From Trichinella spiralis (Eukaryota), in assembly GCF_000181795.1 (NCBI RefSeq), contig NW_003526941.1, positions 10,417,068 to 10,481,067 of the forward strand: a stretch of 64,000 nucleotides of DNA, written 5' to 3'. Below are positions 56,801-64,000 of the stretch, piece after piece. Numbering within the stretch: the first letter of the stretch is position 1; the number at the start of each line of letters is the position of its first letter. The position numbers were made by a program, and so were the translations under genes. The notes beneath the pieces were generated by a model. The model worked only from the letters and a program-made list of their open reading frames with translations, was not told the DNA's origin and did no database searches.

Positions 56801-59800
56801 AACGGATGCTGAACTTCCGAGGCAGTGGACTTCATCATCAGCACGGCCACGGCCATGGCAAGACCAAGTGGTTCGTCGTCGGGGATTCCCAGCCAGCTGG
56901 TCTCGGAATTCAGCAGCAACGTGTGGACAATGTAGACAGCCAACGAGACCGGCAGCACGTCGCAACAACGCGGCTGCGCTACTACCTGGCGAACCAACTG
57001 CTCAGCTTTGCTCCGCACGATTTGCATTTCTGAAACGCTGATGGGCAGTTGCTTCATCCTCGACAGCACTTCAGCTTCCAACGCGCTCAGCTTCACCTCG
57101 AGCACTTTGGAGACGGCGCATGGACGGTTCAATTCCAACAAGAACATGCCCAAATTGAACGCCAATTCCCGCAACGACGCGTCCTGGGCGAACACTTCCA
57201 ACAAGAACAGGCCGCGTGAAAAAGTATCCAACGCCATGTCGGTCACTTCGATCGTCTTGGGATCGATAAGCATCACCATTTCGGGAATTTTCTTCTTCTT
57301 CCTGCCCGACGAAGCGTTATTGACGACACTAGCGGCAGGGGCGTTCGAAGAACTCGACGCGCCGGCGCTCGAAGAAGCAGCTACCCCAGCGGCAGATCTG
57401 GCCAAAGAGATCGGCGGTGGAGTGGGCTTCATCAAATCCGGCGGTGATGCAATCATGGACAACGCCAGGTAACTGGCCAACGCCTTTGCCATGGCGTGGT
57501 AGCCGTACGTGTGCAAGGCGCGGCAACGAACGAAACGGACCCAGTCGCGATCTTTAGGTACGTCGAGCTTGGCCAAGTCTTCGGCAACGAATTCGAGTGT
57601 AACTCTGATGGACTGCTTTTGTAGGCGATCCGCCAAATTGGACGCATCTTCCTCGTTGTCCCAACGACCAGTGCACTCGTGGTACAAGTTGGCAATTTCG
57701 CACAACTGCGTGTATTCTTGAAGCACGTTTTCCAACATCGGCGATCGCAACGGTCGCGGCTCGCTTTCCACTTGGGAGTGCAATGATTCTTGATTGGTGC
57801 CCGTGTGACCGCTGCTGCTGCCTGCAAATAATATCGGATAATGTTGTGGATAGGAAAATTTCTGTTGCTGTTTCGTTTTCGACTGCTCTTTCCAAGAAGC
57901 AAAAGATTCCATACTTTGGTAATAGCGTGCCAACAGTATGCGACTTTTCGGACGACGCTGCGTAGCTATCATATCATCCTTCATATCCAGACCAGGTATC
58001 GACCAATCCGACCAGTCGAGGTAGCAAAGTTGAATGGCTTTCTTGAAGCCGGTAAAACTCTGCGCTATAAACGGAACCATGCCTGGATTCGAAATCGACA
58101 AGGGCGCGGAAACGTGCATCCCGTCGACAAATACGGGCGGCATCCTTGGCTCGTAGCGTTCGAAAATGGCGCTGATTCGTTCAATGATTGAAAAATGGTA
58201 ATTGTACAGCTTGTCAGCCAAAGCCAACCGCTGTCGGCTAGTTAAAGTCATGTTCAAAACTGCCATCTCCCAGGTGCTCACCAACTCGTCCATCAACGAA
58301 GCACAGCCGTACCGAGTACTGAACTGCTGACAGCTGGTGCTGCAGCTGAGTCTGGAGTTAGACGTACTCGAAGATAACTGGTAAAAACTGTGCACCACAT
58401 TGTAGCTGCCGTTCAACGAATGCGCCACATTGGTCAGGAACCACGAACAAGCAACGTACATATTTTTCAAACAAACATCCGTAATCAAGCTCAGCAAAGC
58501 GATCGCATTGCGATCCTTCCGGGCGAACATGCCGTGCACGATAAAAATCAAATTCCACAATCCTTCTGGATCGTGACAACGCAATGGCCTGAGCAAAGCC
58601 TGGTATTCACAAGACACCGGCGGAGTGTTCACCGACAAATGACTGACATCACTGATTATAGTGGGCGCTGGTTCACAAAATTTATTCAAAATTTTATCAA
58701 TGTTGAATCGCAGGGGTCGATCTTCGAAATACCAATTACCCCTATCAGCAATAGCAGCACCAGCCGTAGGATCCGGAGCACCGCTGTGGGCATTTATTGC
58801 CGCATTTTGGTCCAGAAGTTCGTCCAAAATCGTCTGAGCCAGAGACAGCACTTCCTTTGGTAAATAAGTGATCAGATGTTGGGAAAATTTTTGCAACTGA
58901 ACACGATGCAGTCGAGAAAGCGATTCAGAAATAGGTGGTCGTAAAGGCACCTGAGTACTCTGAAATACATGCGCGTAAATAAATTAAAACCAGCATAGCA
59001 TAACAATACCAACTGTTAATTAAACCTTAAATAAATAATTCATGCTACATATTTTCAGTATTAACGTAGAGCTCATAAATTCGTTTTTAAAACACCATGC
59101 AGCACAATACAACTATTAGACACTCGTAATTTAATTGCACAAAATACACGTGGTTGTTTATTTTAAATTTAAATTTTAAACAAATATATAAATATATGAA
59201 ATGCCATTGTGTAAATACCGAAATATTCTTCAGAGTATAGCAAGCATTTCATTTCACAACTTTTTATTAATATTCAAACTTGAAAATCATCATCTATACA
59301 GTGTAAGCAATTCTGAATCATAAATAAAAAAAAGGTCAATCGATTGCACGAATTTGGACATTCTCTGTTAAATGTTGCTCCATTTCAACAAATTTACTAA
59401 TTTATCATTAAATTACCGCTTAAAAATTACAAATGGAAAATTTAAATATCGGCGAGTTCCATTCTAGGTTATTGGGCTTTCATATCAACTCAAAAATCAA
59501 AGCTTCAAAGTAAAATGAGAATAACAATGAAATAAAAATTAAATTAAAAAAAATAATACTTACTTTGTAAATGCGATATAAGCAGACCGCAATAACATGA
59601 CAACACCAAGGTGATTTTGGAGAACAAGTACAAGAGCACAAAATGACTTTCTGACGATCAAATGTCACAGAAACGTTATAAGAGCGAACATCTGGAACTG
59701 TTGCGTAACCATTTCTATATGCCAAATTCATATCCACTACTGCACTTAGATGAAAACCTTACCAAACAAAAAAACAGTAAACTATATTTCATTTAAATGC

Positions 59801-60358
59801 ACAGAATATCAGACAGTTTTACCGATTTGCATAGGGCTGCGAATACAGTTCATGTCGTACAAGCTAATGCCTTTCGCAAACTCGTCATATCGGCCATTTG
59901 AAAGACAAGCATACATACGAATGTCGCTACTATTTTCTGGAAAACTCCAAAAAGCGATTCTTTGTTGCAACTGTTCCGGAACTGGGGGTTTGAAGTTTTC
60001 CACCATTTCAAAAGGAATATTCTTCGCCACTGTTTTGGCTGATAATTCGACCAACGATAAAGTATTACCTAAAAGCAAGCAAAACTTTTAAATAACAAAT
60101 GTTGAAAATCAAAAAAAAATTCTTACTCATTTTTTCGCCAGAAATTCTAAAATTCGGAAACAATGATCTGGACTCTTCAACGGAAAATTCGTCAGTATAG
60201 AAACGACCACTCCAACTTCGATAGTTATAACAAGATGAAGGAGGCCGAGTTGACCAAGAACACAATGAGTCATCTTCAAACCGCTCCGAGTCTTGCCACG
60301 ATGCATCCTCCTGGTCATACTCATCAAAAAGGTCCAAGTCCGCTCCCGGTTCTAGCAT
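53864..60358 (-). CDS. ebax-1: ZSWIM8/EBAX-1 cullin-RING substrate receptor (SWIM zinc finger, BC-box)
   Basis: DSERFEDDSLCSW, LVELSAKTVA..IPFE, PPVPEQLQQRIAFWSFPEN, SWIM CSCTC...WCCHVIAVCL, RPPISESLSRL..QLQKF, AHFMMELAK, GLHAIGLHN...PNWYTRTYSSCVSWI, AYRVGMLAM, PPYGDDVKWLL. Exons approx. 60358-60130, 60069-59823, 59757-59564, 58960-56637, 56568-56055, 55886-55740, 55649-53864. Confidence 0.95.
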
Positions 60359-62219
60359 CGCTAATTGACCGGTCTAAATTAATAAAATATTGATTATCAA
60401 TGTGAATTCATAGGTTGCATTGATGATTTTCATTCAGCAGAAAAAATGAATGTTCAAAATAAAATCCATACCAATGCAATAGTATATATGCATTATAAAC
60501 AAAAAGTAATCTAATTCTATCAGTAAAAGTTCGCTGTAATTCGAGTAACTAAATTTCGGTGCTGATCAATGTTGAAAAGACCAATTACTCACATCAGTCT
60601 GCCAAAATAGTCATTAATATATTGTACAATCAAACGTCTATAACAACAACAACGAAAAAACGCATCATTTCAACTAAAAGTAACAAAAAGCTGGCAAAAT
60701 GCTATCTTCCACAAAAAAATATCACACGTTCAATCTATATTTTCAAAACATTTTCAACATAATTAAAGTAAACCAAGAAAAAATATTCCTCCACCAAAAA
60801 ACCAGAATTATTTCAATCTATTTACTAACATAATTTCAATTATACTGTTCACAATATGTCTTGAAAATGAATGCAACATGCCAACGTTCGATTACTATTT
60901 CAGGTTTTTTCATCATCATTTTTTTACAATTACTGCTTAAATGTTACAGATATTTTCGAATATTTACTTATCGAAAGAACAAAATTATTCAACATAAATA
61001 AGTAACCAAAGCTGTTTTCAATGCCATATGAAAAAATTTCATGAGTTTACATATTTAATAATTATCAATGCAACCATTCCTTTCTAATTATTAATAAGCA
61101 TGTATCTTTTAATTTAAATTTCCCTTACCAAATAAACTAATGCAAATAAGGTCTCGAACAACTGTGCAAAGTGTAAAGAAATAACAAATTTCAGTAGTTA
61201 ATGATTGTTAACAGTTAAATGAAACTTTCACTAAATCGAAGTTGCCTTTCTTACCGGAGAAATTGAAAAAGCAGGAGATACAAACTTATTTCACCATTAC
61301 CATATAAATAACAATAACTCACTGACAACCTCAATCAATTGCGGTTTGACAAATAACAACTACGGTAAAGTTTACAGTAATTTAAGCTTCAGGTTTAATC
61401 AGAATTTAAGCACCGAATTATGCTTTAAAAGCCTTTGCTAACATGTATTTCGATTGGATAATTGCCTAAATATATTAAGATTGTTTAAAATCAGCATTCT
61501 GTTTAATATTTTTTATTTTTCAGTCTGATAAGCTTCTTTTATCAAATCACTTTAGTTCACTTTCTAAGTTGATTTCTGTAGCATTTCGGGAAAGTAGACG
61601 CAAATATAAACGAACATATGTGTACATAAATTTGAAAATTTATAATTTTTCTTCATTTCACCTTCTATTTTTCACTTTATTGGGGTAATTGAAACACTCG
61701 GTAAACAGTGAAAGAATTAGCAAAATTCCAAACAATTTTTATTAATCTTGCATTATATTAATCTTACTGTAGTTTCGACATTTTCAATACGTTTTGAATC
61801 GGCTAAATTTTACTAATAAATAAGTATGTATATTTTTTTTAGCTTTCAATTGGAAAATGCATCCAAAAAAATTTTTTTAACTAAAATTTGCAACACTGTT
61901 AAACTCAGTTTGTATCATCAAACTCTGTTGATTTGCAACTTCGGCAAGCGAGTTTTTACGTGAATTTCAATTGCAGGCGAAAATGATGCTTCACATTTTC
62001 CATATATGAACCTTTTTTCAATGTAAATATATTTCAGTTACTGTTTTGCCGTTACGTAGTGGAATTCTACTTGAAGTTTCAGTTTTGCTTATTATTGTTT
62101 TCCAAACATTTCTCTTTGTATGTATCTTTTATCTGAAAAGCAAAATGTTTTAGCAACTTTTAACGCACAGCACTGAACACTCACAGCATTCACAGAACAT
62201 TTTTGTAAAAAACTTGAAA

Positions 62220-62651
62220 ATGCTATCCATGTTGGTGCATACGTTTCAAAATCGCGGAGTATTTACCATGACAAAATTGATGCCAGCCAGTGTTTTCGTT
62301 TCGACAGTCCGTTTTAAAACGTTGTACGACATGCATTTACGCGGTGGACCGCCGGCTCGAAGGCCTCAGCCGAAATCTCCAATTTCTGGTCATCCACAGA
62401 TGAGGGGTGTTGTTTTGAAAGTGTTGATCAAAAAGCCAAAAAAGCCGAACTCGGCAAATCGAAAATGTGTACTAGTTCGACTAACCAATGGTAAGGAGAC
62501 TGTCGCCTGGATACCTGGCGAAGGGCACAATTTACAAGAGCACAGCCAAGTTTTGGTCGAAGGGGGCCGAAAGCCGGACTTGATTGGCGTCAAAATACGA
62601 GTTATTCGTGGAAAGCTTGACTGCGCCCCGGTGATCAAAACGCCAAAGTGA
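62220..62651 (+). CDS. mrps-12: Mitochondrial ribosomal protein S12
   Basis: Intronless CDS with [12 protein letters not shown] and [12 protein letters not shown] (S12 signature) plus an N-terminal targeting-like extension. ATG at 62220 (alternatives 62229, 62268). Confidence 0.96.
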   Translation: MLSMLVHTFQNRGVFTMTKLMPASVFVSTVRFKTLYDMHLRGGPPARRPQPKSPISGHPQMRGVVLKVLIKKPKKPNSANRKCVLVRLTNGKETVAWIPGEGHNLQEHSQVLVEGGRKPDLIGVKIRVIRGKLDCAPVIKTPK

Positions 62652-62695
62652 TCCATCCATCCATCCATAAATCCATTCTCTAATCTATGGTTTTC

Positions 62696-62849
62696 AATAA
62701 AGAAGATTTTTTGCATGCATTTTTGCTGTTTTGCTAATTTATTTTATTCTATTATATTTCGTCGAAAATTTCAAATATTTTGCTACGTTCATTCCAATTC
62801 AATCTTCTCACGTGATGTTTTTTTTTCCGTTTCAGTAGAGCATTTTCAG
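62696..62849 (+). promoter_or_regulatory. Putative intercistronic region: poly(A) signal, U-rich tract and unpaired 3' (trans-)splice acceptors
   Basis: AATAAA 62696-62701; T-rich tract 62818-62826; tttcag ending 62835 and ttttcag ending 62849, just before the crls-1 ATG. Confidence 0.6.
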
Positions 62850-62855
62850 TTCTAA

Positions 62856-64000
62856 ATGCAAATGTATTATAATTTGCAATATCAACTGTTGAAAAAATAC
62901 ACATGCCCAACATTTTTCAATGTTCTACGCTATGCGAAACGAAGCTTATGGCCATTTCATTTACCAAAAAGAGAAACACGACCACTGGGCACGATTCCCA
63001 CCAATCGCAAGGTATTTTTGAAAAGTCATCTTCTGCCATTGACTGACTTTTTTTTGGATGGTCGTTGTTTGCATGTCTAAGCACTGCTGTCATGTTGTTT
63101 CTTTTTCTACTGTAGGATAGTCCGTATACGTTGCCGAATTTGTTGAGCATTTGTAGAATAGCTGCTTCACCAGTACTCGTCCATTTGATTATTAACGGCC
63201 ATTTCAGCTACACGTTGTCTCTGTTCACTGTGGCCGCCACAACTGACATTGTAAATAAAACATCTTTTACAAGATTGTGGTCAGTGGTATTAATTTTCAT
63301 TGTTTTACAGCTTGACGGCTACATTGCCCGTCGATTCCCAACTCAACGTTCCACCTTCGGTAGCATTATTGATCCACTTGCGGACAAAATTTTAGTGGCT
63401 AGCATGTTCCTGTCGTTGACTTATTGTCAAATGATACCTGGTATATATATATTTGAAAAGCACAGTACAAATAAATCGAGAAATAACAATACAAACAGTT
63501 CACTTACGTTTAAGCACTTCTCACGATCGTTGTCATCGCAAGGGACGTGTGTTTGATTACGACTGGTCTGTATCTTCGCCTGTCTACCATGCGGTCGTTT
63601 GATCAGTCGTTGGGAAGCGTTTTCCACTTCTCCACACAGACGGTGAAAATTACACCCACCATACTGAGCAAAGTGACGTCAAGCCGTGATTTGAAAATAA
63701 ATTTATTTATTTATTTCATTTATTCATTTGTTAGATAAACACTTTCATGCAGTTCGCTCTTGTCACCGCTACATTGATCAAACCGATTGGCAATTACGAT
63801 TTGCAAACAACGCTGAATGTACTCAGGTGATTGACGTAGGAATAAATGTAGTCGTTTTTTTTCCGTTTTACCGTACGGTTTATTTTTTTTTCAGTTGGAT
63901 CACCGGCTTCACGACCGTAACTTCTGGAATACAGTACGCCTTTTCAAAAACCGCTTTTCAAATGCAACAATTTCAAAAAGAGAAAACAAACTCAACATAA
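62856..64000 (+). CDS. crls-1: Cardiolipin synthase (CDP-alcohol phosphatidyltransferase)
   Basis: Exons 62856-63011, 63116-63250, 63311-63440, 63515-63672, 63735-63827, 63895-64000 (TAA 63998-64000). YTLPNLLSICRI, TDILDGYIARR...GSIIDPLADK, RDV, PTILSKINT..Q, TTVTSG.QY. Confidence 0.92.

Noticed and set aside
53885..58863. Many antisense and alternate-frame ORFs over ZSWIM8 exons
   Set aside because: Expected shadows of long GC-richer coding exons.
60400..62200. Possible gene or ncRNA between ebax-1 and mrps-12
   Set aside because: Only scattered splice-like sites, no ORF or RNA signature; likely promoter and UTR introns.

Overview
AT-rich, intron-containing eukaryotic DNA. Short introns with TTTCAG/TTTTAG acceptors, operon-like gene spacing and gene content suggest a nematode, most likely a clade I nematode such as Trichinella (inference, not verified). 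From about 12 kb to 64 kb I hand-spliced 11 protein-coding genes: an Expanded/FRMD6-like FERM protein (-), two intronless RING-only microproteins (+, one nested antisense in an intron), cytohesin/GRP1 (-), a secreted trypsin-like protease (-), a 7TM receptor (-), MCM5 (-), mitochondrial ALDH (+), a cathepsin B-like protease (+), ZSWIM8/EBAX-1 (-), plus mitochondrial RPS12 (+) and cardiolipin synthase (+), which bring the total to 12 loci. The first ~11 kb has no recognisable protein gene. It holds the most unusual structure: a >=6.6 kb inverted duplication (1-648 pairs with 6001-6647). Its axis falls in a ~560 bp tandem of palindromic GCCN3-4GGC sites and seven ATTTGCAT octamers. That core is flanked on both sides by mirror-image arrays of 5'-splice-site consensus (CAG/GTAAGT pointing inward, i.e. 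U1-5'-end-like ATACTTACCT on the outward strands). All exon boundaries were read by eye; no alignments or database searches were run.
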